Source of the DNA: a phage
Sequence record: PZ445423.1
DNA: 58,567 nt
Direction: 5' to 3' (one strand)
The notes under the pieces are model-generated. The model was not told where the DNA came from and ran no database searches. It saw only the letters and a program-made list of their open reading frames with translations. The position numbers and the translations under genes are program-made. Positions 28,950 to 37,598 of the stretch are shown here, one piece after another; the first letter of the stretch is position 1; each line of letters begins with the position of its first letter.

Positions 28950-29597
28950 TTATTTACAAGCTTCGAGGAACTCCCGGCGCCAATATGCACCCATATCGGT
29001 TCCCCCCAGCCCCGCGCGTGCGGTGCATCCGCGGAACGCTTTGGTGATAGTAGAGCTGCCGCATACCTGCTTAACACCGCGCGACTCCATGCACATATGT
29101 TTGGCGTCAATATAAACACATACAGCTTTCGGGTTTAAATGCTCTTGAATAGCGTCTGCAATCTGGTTAGTAAGACGTTCCTGAACTTGCAGTCGACGAC
29201 TAAAAGCATCCACAACGCGAGACAGCTTACTAAGCCCAACAATCTTCCCATTGGGGACATAACCAACAACAGCATGACCGATGATAGGAGCCATGTGATG
29301 CTCACAATGACTGTATACAGGAATATCACGGACAATGACCATTTCATTGGTGTTTTCCGCCCCATCCTCAAAGGTTTTAAACAGACCAGCAATATCTACA
29401 TCGTAACCGCTAAACCATGTAGCATAAGCTTTAGCGACACGGTCTGGTGTCTCTGCTAATCCTGGACGTAATTCAATGCAATCTTCAATCTGAGTTAGTA
29501 AAGTATGCACCGCGCGAGCAATACGGAATTGAGTACCTTCATTATCAATAGTAAATTTTGGCATGGTTTGCAGTTTCCTTGTTGTTAATGTGGTCAT
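28950..29597 (-). CDS. folE: GTP cyclohydrolase I
   Basis: [18 protein letters not shown] and [17 protein letters not shown] match conserved FolE segments (ETPHRIAKMY, TSTCEHH in E. coli FolE as recalled). Confidence 0.9.
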   Translation of the reverse strand: MTTLTTRKLQTMPKFTIDNEGTQFRIARAVHTLLTQIEDCIELRPGLAETPDRVAKAYATWFSGYDVDIAGLFKTFEDGAENTNEMVIVRDIPVYSHCEHHMAPIIGHAVVGYVPNGKIVGLSKLSRVVDAFSRRLQVQERLTNQIADAIQEHLNPKAVCVYIDAKHMCMESRGVKQVCGSSTITKAFRGCTARAGLGGTDMGAYWRREFLEACK

Positions 29598-29598
29598 A

Positions 29599-30120
29599 TT
29601 ACAGGCTATAGTTTACGTGACATTTCGAAGTTTCTTCGATGGTGCATTCTACAAGTTGAACACCATGTTCGTCAAGCAGTTGTGGCCCAATTACTTCAAC
29701 CATGTACGCAGCTAAGTTTTCAGCGGTCGGGTTGAATGGAAGTGACACCAGCGAACCTAAATAATCCATTTGATCCCGATGCGACATATTGTCCATAGTT
29801 GTCGTATCTACAAATTTATTTAAGCTCTCAATGAGAGGATCATGCTCCCAGTGCAGGAACTTATGGTCCCAGTTATCTTCCAGCCACTGACACAGCGTAG
29901 TTTTAACCACACTAAAATCGATCACGCGTCCCACGTTATCCAGCCCACCTTTTTCGCGAAGTGTGCCACAGCGAATAACTTTAACGTCCGTACGACCTTT
30001 CGGTGCAACCTTAAAGTGAAACTTATAATTATGACCGTGAAGGTGACGACACTTGCTTTCATGTCCTACAACACGATGACCGGCGCAAATTTCATGTGAA
30101 CGAATTACTGTATAGCTCAT
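29599..30120 (-). CDS. queD: 6-carboxy-5,6,7,8-tetrahydropterin synthase
   Basis: 173 aa with CRHLHGH (CxxxHGH zinc/catalytic motif of the QueD/PTPS family). Confidence 0.85.
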   Translation of the reverse strand: MSYTVIRSHEICAGHRVVGHESKCRHLHGHNYKFHFKVAPKGRTDVKVIRCGTLREKGGLDNVGRVIDFSVVKTTLCQWLEDNWDHKFLHWEHDPLIESLNKFVDTTTMDNMSHRDQMDYLGSLVSLPFNPTAENLAAYMVEVIGPQLLDEHGVQLVECTIEETSKCHVNYSL

Positions 30121-30665
30121 TTTAATACCTCTTTAGACTGTTCAATTTCTAACGCACGCTGTGCTGACGCAATAATGTCTTTCAAATCTTCTACAAGAGT
30201 CTTATGACCGCGTTCGCCAGGCTGCAACGCCTTTTTAATCAAATGTTGTAAAGCTGGGTTAGTTGTCTTCCAAGCTTCCAAGACATCATACACGTCTACG
30301 ATACATTTTACAACATTCCCATTTTGATCTTTACCATAAATAATTTTCTGATATTTATTCATGGGAATTTTAGATGGTTCGTATTTCATAAAAATTGCGG
30401 TTTTGTCAATTCGCCAATCGGGTAAATTCCCTTCAATGGCTTGCTTGGCATAATCCTCCGCAACAATATAACGCCAAGATATAACCGAATCCCGTTCTAA
30501 CGGTATTGCGTTATCGCAGGATTTTTTATACCAGTCCCATCCTTGCTTATGGTTTTTCTTAAGAGAACCGTCAGCTAATTGAACTTCAAACTGTTCGTTT
30601 TGAAGAAAAATGGGCATTCCTTTCCCATCGTGCTTGTGCCAGATTTTATTAAGATTATCTTTCAT
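30117..30665 (-). CDS. hypothetical protein embedded in the 7-deazaguanine cluster
   Basis: 182 aa from the ATG at 30665; start follows the transporter stop by a few nt and the stop overlaps the queD start; no motif recognised. Confidence 0.45.
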   Translation of the reverse strand: MKDNLNKIWHKHDGKGMPIFLQNEQFEVQLADGSLKKNHKQGWDWYKKSCDNAIPLERDSVISWRYIVAEDYAKQAIEGNLPDWRIDKTAIFMKYEPSKIPMNKYQKIIYGKDQNGNVVKCIVDVYDVLEAWKTTNPALQHLIKKALQPGERGHKTLVEDLKDIIASAQRALEIEQSKEVLK

Positions 30666-30667
30666 TT

Positions 30668-31147
30668 TTACGCTCTTGCTGTACGTGAATGAACTTCGTA
30701 AACAACCCAAAGGATAGCGGACGCTGTGAACTTACTTAAGCTCATTGCTACCATAGATCCCGGATTAACAATACCTATAATACTTAAGAACACAATGGAG
30801 TCAATCGGTACAGCTACCAAAGAGCTGATAAATACTCGTTGATGGAAAGGCTTCTTGGTGACCGTGTATACCACATAGTCCGCAAACTCACTAAGCGCAA
30901 AAGACGCAACGGATGCAACTACAACCGCAGGATCTCCGAACACCCAGCTAAGGATGCAACCAACAATCATTGCAGGGATGACGCCTTTGCCAGCGTTACG
31001 CTGTGCGTAATCACGCAGAACAAAGATAATACCTACAAAGAAAGCCATCATTGGGACTACGCCAAGTGGCGTATTAAGCATCGGAAGGTAGGAAAAGCCC
31101 AGGTTTACGAATGTAATTGCAGCCAGATAAGCAACGATAAATTTCAT
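30668..31147 (-). CDS. integral membrane protein, putative 7-deazaguanine precursor transporter (YhhQ/QueT-like)
   Basis: 159 aa, SD GGAGA, 4-5 predicted TM helices; located inside the que cluster; family call tentative. Confidence 0.45.
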   Translation of the reverse strand: MKFIVAYLAAITFVNLGFSYLPMLNTPLGVVPMMAFFVGIIFVLRDYAQRNAGKGVIPAMIVGCILSWVFGDPAVVVASVASFALSEFADYVVYTVTKKPFHQRVFISSLVAVPIDSIVFLSIIGIVNPGSMVAMSLSKFTASAILWVVYEVHSRTARA

Positions 31148-31267
31148 ACTTTTGTTCTCCAGTTTTAACAGCGATATTCGCTGGTTGTCGGGTTTAAAAG
31201 CTTTAGTAGTATAGTTGGGTTACCGCACCCTAAACAATGCGCTAGCGGTGCGGTTTTCGCGGTAAGA

Positions 31268-31990
31268 TCAAATGTGTTTGCTGTAAGCCTTATCCATAAA
31301 TTCGCTATAGCCTTTAGCGCGAAGTTTACACGCCGGGCATTCCCCGCAACCGTATCCCCAGTCATGCAGAGTACGACGGACGCCATTATAGCACGTATGG
31401 GACTGCTCAATTACTGTGGTTAAGAAACCAACCTTATCCGCCAGCTCAAACGTTTCCGCTTTGTTTAAACGCATAAGCGGAGTAACAAAATGGATATCTG
31501 TTTCATATCCAACGTTTAACGTAGCTTCAAGCAAATCTACAAACTGCTGACGGCAGTCCGGATAACCGCTATAGTCCGTTTCACAAACGCCCGTAACCAC
31601 ATATCGGGCTCCGACCTTCTGCGCGTAAGCGTGCGCGGTAGTCAGGAAAAGGGCATTACGGTTTGGCACAAAGCTTGCCGGAAGGTTGTTGTGCTGTTCA
31701 TGATACTCGTTAACATCACCTTCGTTCCCGATTAAAGCGCTATTGCCGATCTGTTTCAAAGCAGGTAATTCAAAGACAACAAACGGGACATTGTGCTCTT
31801 TACAAATTTGATTAGCACAAGCCAGCTCAATGTTATGACGTTGACCGTATGCAAAACCGATAGCGTAGACTTTGTCATAGTTATTAAGTGCAAGACCCAA
31901 ACATGTCACGCTGTCCTGGCCGCCAGACAGGACGACAACGGCGGAGTTATGATTTTTTACAGGGAATACCAGTTTATCTAATTTATTCAT
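31268..31990 (-). CDS. queC: 7-cyano-7-deazaguanine synthase
   Basis: 240 aa; PP-loop VVLSGGQDS; C-terminal Cys cluster CYNG...CGECPAC typical of QueC zinc site. Confidence 0.9.
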   Translation of the reverse strand: MNKLDKLVFPVKNHNSAVVVLSGGQDSVTCLGLALNNYDKVYAIGFAYGQRHNIELACANQICKEHNVPFVVFELPALKQIGNSALIGNEGDVNEYHEQHNNLPASFVPNRNALFLTTAHAYAQKVGARYVVTGVCETDYSGYPDCRQQFVDLLEATLNVGYETDIHFVTPLMRLNKAETFELADKVGFLTTVIEQSHTCYNGVRRTLHDWGYGCGECPACKLRAKGYSEFMDKAYSKHI

Positions 31991-31991
31991 T

Positions 31992-32180
31992 TTAGAAACC
32001 TTTAAGGCTAATATTAAGGTTAATGACTACTTGTTCAACTACAGCTTCAGAGGTTACCTGACGCTGGTGTATCTCAAGCTCCGTATGTATTTTCTTGGAT
32101 GCAGCACGACAAATAGCGTCATTCAACTCGTCTTGTAAACGTTGAATTTTCTGCATAAGGATTACAGTTTCTTCATTCAT
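31992..32180 (-). CDS. small protein, paralog of the upstream ORF
   Basis: 62 aa; shares the pattern L-x-x-L-N-x-A-I-x-x-A...H-x-E-L-[DE]-I...V-x-x-V-x-I-N with 32173-32385; stop abuts the queC start. Confidence 0.5.
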   Translation of the reverse strand: MNEETVILMQKIQRLQDELNDAICRAASKKIHTELEIHQRQVTSEAVVEQVVINLNISLKGF

Positions 32181-32385
32181 TTACTTCACCTTTAATATCA
32201 CAAGGGTTGATTGTTACGTTAGACATCACAATTGGATGATTGCGAGCTCCAATTGTGCTAACGTGATTAATATCTAATTCTACATGCACGCCCTGCATAG
32301 TAGCGTGAGCAATTGCAGAATTAAGTTTTTCTACCAGTTCAGTGATCATTTCCTGATGCTGTTTCGCTTCTTCCAAAGTGATCAT
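32173..32385 (-). CDS. small protein, paralog of the downstream ORF
   Basis: 70 aa; start overlaps the queE stop (TAATG) and stop overlaps the next ORF start. Confidence 0.5.
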   Translation of the reverse strand: MITLEEAKQHQEMITELVEKLNSAIAHATMQGVHVELDINHVSTIGARNHPIVMSNVTINPCDIKGEVNE

Positions 32386-33092
32386 TATTCCACCCCGATA
32401 TATTTGTGAACCTGAAGCTGCAACGTGTAACCGTATTTCATACAGCTTTGGACAACGGCTTGGATATTACTGTGGTTAAGGTCTTCATCCTGCTCGTCCA
32501 TTGGCTGTAAATATATCTTACCCTTGAAACCCTTCGGAGGTCTAGCGATAAATGGCGTAGCTTGATGATCTAATGCCTGAAGCGGCAAACCATCTTCCAC
32601 GTTTACACAGCACGCTTTAAGTACATATTTAAATGCATTAGCGCGGCGCAGCACAGAAGGATGAATCTTTGAGGTCTTGGGGCTACATACAATTACAGGT
32701 AACTGGGAAAAGTTCTTAGGTAAAGGCATAGACCCATTAGTTTCAATTTGCACCAAATAGCCGCGCGATAACAGTTGTTCAATAAACGGGTTAATTTGCT
32801 GACGGAACGGTTCACCCCCAGTGATAACCACAAGTGAGGTGCTATTGCCTGATTCCAGCTTACGGCTTTCGATTAAACGCATAATATCGACAATATGATA
32901 AAGACTACGACCAACAGTATAATCGGTATCACAGCCAGGGCATTGCAGATTACACCCAGCAAGACGCACAAATACAGCAGGTTGGCCGCAGAATGGACCT
33001 TCACCCTGAATGGTAGAGAATACCGAATGCACGTCTAAATACATATCGTTTTCTTTAGAACGGGACTCGGGAGCTTGTTGATTAATATTCAT
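32385..33092 (-). CDS. queE: 7-carboxy-7-deazaguanine synthase (radical SAM)
   Basis: 235 aa with CNLQCPGC cysteine motif and Gly-rich SAM region VVITGGEPF; SD AGAGGA. Confidence 0.85.
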   Translation of the reverse strand: MNINQQAPESRSKENDMYLDVHSVFSTIQGEGPFCGQPAVFVRLAGCNLQCPGCDTDYTVGRSLYHIVDIMRLIESRKLESGNSTSLVVITGGEPFRQQINPFIEQLLSRGYLVQIETNGSMPLPKNFSQLPVIVCSPKTSKIHPSVLRRANAFKYVLKACCVNVEDGLPLQALDHQATPFIARPPKGFKGKIYLQPMDEQDEDLNHSNIQAVVQSCMKYGYTLQLQVHKYIGVE

Positions 33093-33161
33093 CTTAAATC
33101 CTCTAGTGAAAAAGAAAGCGCCTCATTGGGCGCTTTCATTATAACGTGATATGTTTTGATA

Positions 33162-33965
33162 TTACAAGCCGTTCAGGGCTTCCGGTACTGGCATAGGTAC
33201 GCGACCAGTTACACCATTAAACTTCTTCCAACGTGCATACTGAGTTTTAACGGTATCTTCGTTCAGACCGTGGCGACCTGCCAGATTCAGAACATAAGAG
33301 ATTGGAGCAGGCTGACCCAGCGTAGCGCTAATCTGATCCATCAGGGCCCAGGCACGACCGCAGGAAGTTTCAGGTTGCGGACGACGAACACCATTCTGTT
33401 CAGGCATACGGTTCGCTTCTTTCGCTTTTTCACGTTCAGCTTTTTCGCGGGCTTTTTCAGCAGCCTTTTCAGCCTGTTTAGCAGCGCGGATCTTGTCTTT
33501 GAAGCCTTTGATAGACGAATCCAGTTCGTCAACCATGCTCTGAGCAGCAGTTACTGCACCGGACAGATCTTCACCTTTGGATTTTTTAACAACTGCTTTC
33601 AGCTCTTTCAGAGCATTCTTTAAATGCTTCAGCTGTTCAGAACCCTTAGATTCTGCTTCCGTGATCTGATCAACAGTGCTTTCATCGGTAATACCGGATA
33701 AAGCAAACTTCACGGTTTCAACTGCCTGAGAAAGAGCGGTAAATTTATTTTCCGCTTCAGTACGAATTTCAGCTTGTTTCTTTTCAGCGGCAGCTTTTTT
33801 CTCTGCTTCTTTTTTCTCTTTTGCTACGCGTGCAGCTTCAGCGGCAGCGGCTTTTTTAGCTTCTGCATCGTTAGCAGTAGCTTCTTTCTTTGCAGGCTTA
33901 GCAGATTTTGCAGCGGCAGCAGCGGCTGCGGCAGCAGCGGCTTTCTTATCTTCAATATTACTCAT
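33162..33965 (-). CDS. Ala/Lys-rich histone H1-like protein with a globular C-terminal domain
   Basis: About 267 aa from the ATG at 33965 (SD GGAG; track start is GTG); long AAAAAAAAAAAKSAKPAKK / KKAAAE low-complexity run. Confidence 0.5.
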   Translation of the reverse strand: MSNIEDKKAAAAAAAAAAAKSAKPAKKEATANDAEAKKAAAAEAARVAKEKKEAEKKAAAEKKQAEIRTEAENKFTALSQAVETVKFALSGITDESTVDQITEAESKGSEQLKHLKNALKELKAVVKKSKGEDLSGAVTAAQSMVDELDSSIKGFKDKIRAAKQAEKAAEKAREKAEREKAKEANRMPEQNGVRRPQPETSCGRAWALMDQISATLGQPAPISYVLNLAGRHGLNEDTVKTQYARWKKFNGVTGRVPMPVPEALNGL

Positions 33966-34092
33966 TTTCTTCACTCCGAATTATTATGGGTTCGTTTGTT
34001 ACCAACGGGGTTAAATGTACCAAAGGATTTTGTGACACGCAACCCCTTACATAAACATTTTTAAAAATATTTTTGATCAGGGTTAGAACTTA

Positions 34093-34587
34093 TTAGCTCT
34101 TCGCACCTCTGCCCGGTGTCCATGCTGCTTGCAATGCGTGTTGCTCACAAATGACCCTGGCACCGGAAATAATACCACCCTCCCGTTCAGCATCGTATTT
34201 GACACGGGCAGGTTTCCAAAGTCCTTCATCCATTGACGGAACGTATTGCCCAATTTGAGGTGAGCAAAAGCCTTGGATATCGTATTCCACACAGAATTCG
34301 GCTTGTGCTCTGATTTGGGCGTGATCCAGGATCGTTTCTGGAAGTTGCGTAAAGTAATCAGACAAAATGCGCTCAACGATTTCCCGTTCATATGGTGCAG
34401 CTCCTAAGTTTTCTGTCAGATTAATATAAAGCATTTGAAGATCAACATCTTCAAGATCTTTTAAATCGTTTACTGGTGTTACCAGTGTTGACTCTGGACA
34501 ACAGATAATTCCAAGTTGGTGTAATGTCAACCAATTGGGATGCTTTGCCAAGAGTTCAAATTTATCTGTATCAATTAGGACGTACAT
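34093..34587 (-). CDS. hypothetical acidic protein
   Basis: 164-aa ORF with SD AGGGGA. Confidence 0.4.
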   Translation of the reverse strand: MYVLIDTDKFELLAKHPNWLTLHQLGIICCPESTLVTPVNDLKDLEDVDLQMLYINLTENLGAAPYEREIVERILSDYFTQLPETILDHAQIRAQAEFCVEYDIQGFCSPQIGQYVPSMDEGLWKPARVKYDAEREGGIISGARVICEQHALQAAWTPGRGAKS

Positions 34588-34646
34588 TGCAATCCCCTAT
34601 AAATAAGTAATGCCCCAATAGTAGGGGCATTAGATGTTGAAGTCAA

Positions 34647-36623
34647 TTAGAACGGAACGTAATCCGGATCATCTACTTGCACAGGATTAACCACATTGTT
34701 CACTGTTATACCTTGCGTATTCTGTGAAACAATATCATCCCAGCTCACATCATCGTTATAGCTTGGACCTTCTGTTGTTCCATCCTGCCCGTATACTTTA
34801 ACCTGAATAGCTTCGTCGTCCTGTGGTGCTTCAAACTTACCGAAACACGTACCATCATAATCATAGTTCAATATCTCAGGCCATTTCTTATTGGTATGAA
34901 CTTTGATGTATTTCGGTGTTTTGAGCATTGCAGCAACATCAAGAGCTTCTTCAATAGTTTGTGGTAAAGGAAGATGAGTCCTTTTCTTCCACCATGCAAC
35001 CGCTTTACGACCTGCCCAGTCACCGTGAAGTAGAGCTACCCATTCGCTGAATATTTTACTACCGCAATAATAAGTCACCTTCATTGTTGGAGGTTTAGAG
35101 CTGTCATTGCGTTTAGTGTGCTTCGCATAAGTAACATGCGTAACTTTAAAGTCTTCAACTACTGGAATATCCTGCTTGATCAGGGCTTCCGTACTTGCAG
35201 CTTTCTTGAGTTTGGTCTGGAACTTAAACTCATGACCGCAAAAGCCTTCTTTAACGTAATCCGTCCCGCGTAGTCTAAATCCTTTCAGATATAATTGTTG
35301 AACTTGTTCCTGTGTAACGCTGTCCATTGGGATTGGTGCGAAGCCACCGCAATAACGAGCGGATGCATGATTATACGACCCGCATACATCGCATTCTTTA
35401 ACCGGAGCAGTACCAGCACCTTTTTCGCCAGGGCGCTTGGGCTTAACAGGGTCGTTAATAGGGCCTAAACGCCGCGTATTACCGCTGAAATCCAGTACAA
35501 GGCAGTTCTGCTTAGGGCTTGCCGCAATAGCTTGTAAGCGCCCCTCCTGCGTGGAAAGATCAAAGCCCTCCGCGTACACCGGACGCGTACCGCGACCCAG
35601 CATCTGGACCCATAGCACCGCCGACGCAGTTGGGCGGAGCATGATAATTAAGTCCAGCATTGGGTGATCAAAACCTGTGGTTAAGACGTTATTGTTAGTT
35701 AATGCTCGAAATTCACCGCGCTTGAATTTTTCAATAATCTCGTCACGTTCTTTTGCATCAAGCTTAGAGTGAATACATCCACAGCTAATACCCATATCGT
35801 TCAGCATATCGCACGCGTCTTTAGCGTGTTCAATGCCAGAACAAAATATAAGCCAGCTTTGACGGTCTTCACCACATTCAATCGCTTCCTCAAGTGCGCG
35901 GAGTGTTGCGTCATCGCGATTTACCGCACTTTGCAACTCACTCTGGATAAACTCACCGCCGCGTTTACCTACCCCGTTGAGGTCCAGTTCCATCTTAGTA
36001 CGCTTTGGCACAACCGGAAGAAGATAACCTTGCTCCAGGAACCAGTTGAAGGCTTCCGGAGTAGTTGCATCGAATGTTACCTTATCAAATAACGCATCAT
36101 CGTCTTCGTTTTCCTTGACAATTGAACCATACCCCAGTCGATAAGGTGTAGCAGTAAGGCCGATGATTTTTAAGTAAGGGTTAACTTCACGCAACGCTGC
36201 AAAGAACTTCTTATACATTGTTGCATCACGCGGACTAATAAGATGCGCTTCGTCCACAAAAATAAGATCAACTTTGCCGAACTTTTTCGGATGCTTAGCA
36301 ACGGACGCAATCCCTGCAAAGGTAATAAGATTATAGACTTCTTTACGCTTCAAACCCGCGCTGTAAATACCTGCTGGCGCTTCGGGCCAGACTTTCATTA
36401 ATTTATCATAGTTTTGTGCAATTAACTCTTTGACGTGAGTTAACATCATTACGCGCTGGTTTGGATACCATTTGTAAAGCAGATCGAGGAACCCCGCGAT
36501 AACGAGCGATTTTCCTGTCCCTGTTGGTAACAGGATCAAAGGGTTCCCCGCGTTACCCTTTTCAGCATCAAAATAGCGAAATACGCTATAAACTGCTTCC
36601 TGTTGATAATCGCGGAGTTGCAT
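34647..36623 (-). CDS. SF2 DEAD/DEAH-box helicase
   Basis: Walker A PTGTGKS, DEAH box FVDEAH, motif III-like LTATP; ~250-aa C-terminal extension with Cys pairs. Confidence 0.8.
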   Translation of the reverse strand: MQLRDYQQEAVYSVFRYFDAEKGNAGNPLILLPTGTGKSLVIAGFLDLLYKWYPNQRVMMLTHVKELIAQNYDKLMKVWPEAPAGIYSAGLKRKEVYNLITFAGIASVAKHPKKFGKVDLIFVDEAHLISPRDATMYKKFFAALREVNPYLKIIGLTATPYRLGYGSIVKENEDDDALFDKVTFDATTPEAFNWFLEQGYLLPVVPKRTKMELDLNGVGKRGGEFIQSELQSAVNRDDATLRALEEAIECGEDRQSWLIFCSGIEHAKDACDMLNDMGISCGCIHSKLDAKERDEIIEKFKRGEFRALTNNNVLTTGFDHPMLDLIIMLRPTASAVLWVQMLGRGTRPVYAEGFDLSTQEGRLQAIAASPKQNCLVLDFSGNTRRLGPINDPVKPKRPGEKGAGTAPVKECDVCGSYNHASARYCGGFAPIPMDSVTQEQVQQLYLKGFRLRGTDYVKEGFCGHEFKFQTKLKKAASTEALIKQDIPVVEDFKVTHVTYAKHTKRNDSSKPPTMKVTYYCGSKIFSEWVALLHGDWAGRKAVAWWKKRTHLPLPQTIEEALDVAAMLKTPKYIKVHTNKKWPEILNYDYDGTCFGKFEAPQDDEAIQVKVYGQDGTTEGPSYNDDVSWDDIVSQNTQGITVNNVVNPVQVDDPDYVPF

Positions 36624-36624
36624 A

Positions 36625-37533
36625 TCAATCTTTCCCGTAATAATTAGCTACTTGATAGTTTTGACAACCAACTTTCTGTCCTTGCGTATCCACTGAGGCG
36701 GAATGGAAATTGCAATACCATGTTCCATCTTCTTTTGGCTCAAGGAATTGACATGTACGGCAGTTTACTTCCGGCATAGTTTTACGCCAGCATAGTGAGG
36801 AGTGATCGCACCATTTACATTCGAAGAAAGTGGAATCTTTAAATGCACGGTCCGGAATATCTGTAGCAATAGCAATCTGCACACCACGATCAATATACAT
36901 GTCCGCGGTAACAGGATCAAACGGAATAATTTCTGCGTAAACTTCATCGTCATTCTTGTTTACAGCAAGATATAACGCTGCGCCAAGACCTAGTTTTCGC
37001 ATGTACACGTTCATCTGTACATAGTGCTCAGGTTTAGCTTCTTTGACACCTTTAGCTTTCAGCTTTTTAAAAGACTTATCGTTATGCGTCTTCATTTCGG
37101 TAAGCACAGGCATCCCAGGCTGCACGTCCGGACAACCTATAACCACACCATCGCAGGAACCGCCAAAGTGTCCGCCAGCTTCGCTGATACGAAACTGGTG
37201 TCCGTTTTCGTCCTGCTGATAGACCTGCATACCTGCCGCGAGCAGCATAGCAATAAAGCGCGCTTCTTCCAGATGTCCGCGGTTAAACAGTCGAAGCTGG
37301 CGTCCGTCAAACTCTTTGCGTGTAGCCCAGCGATATCCATAGAAAAGCTTTCGTGCGCATTGTTGACCAATAAGGGAAGCGCCTAAGTGACTGCGGTTAC
37401 CGCTTTCAGGACGATAAGCGTCTTCAATTGTGGGAATAACTACGCCAAGATATTTACGGTAAGTCCCGCCCTGATCTTTTTGCACACCATCATTGATCGC
37501 TTGAAGTGTTTTTTCTGCAATATAAATAGCCAT
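36625..37533 (-). CDS. PD-(D/E)xK nuclease with C-terminal Cys cluster (Cas4/RecB-like exonuclease)
   Basis: 302 aa, SD AAGGT; C-terminal CKWCDHSSLC...CRTC...C consistent with an Fe-S-binding Cas4-like nuclease. Confidence 0.65.
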   Translation of the reverse strand: MAIYIAEKTLQAINDGVQKDQGGTYRKYLGVVIPTIEDAYRPESGNRSHLGASLIGQQCARKLFYGYRWATRKEFDGRQLRLFNRGHLEEARFIAMLLAAGMQVYQQDENGHQFRISEAGGHFGGSCDGVVIGCPDVQPGMPVLTEMKTHNDKSFKKLKAKGVKEAKPEHYVQMNVYMRKLGLGAALYLAVNKNDDEVYAEIIPFDPVTADMYIDRGVQIAIATDIPDRAFKDSTFFECKWCDHSSLCWRKTMPEVNCRTCQFLEPKEDGTWYCNFHSASVDTQGQKVGCQNYQVANYYGKD

Positions 37534-37598
37534 TGGAATACCTTAGAAAAATAAGCCGTCTTTCGACGGCTTATGGACACTACAGAGGGAGGGTTAAC

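Noticed and set aside
33156-34064. + strand ORFs 33156-33623 and 33774-34064 (Phe/Ser/Leu-rich).
   Set aside because: Antisense translation of the GC/GCT-rich Ala/Lys-encoding repeats of the - strand gene at 33162-33965.
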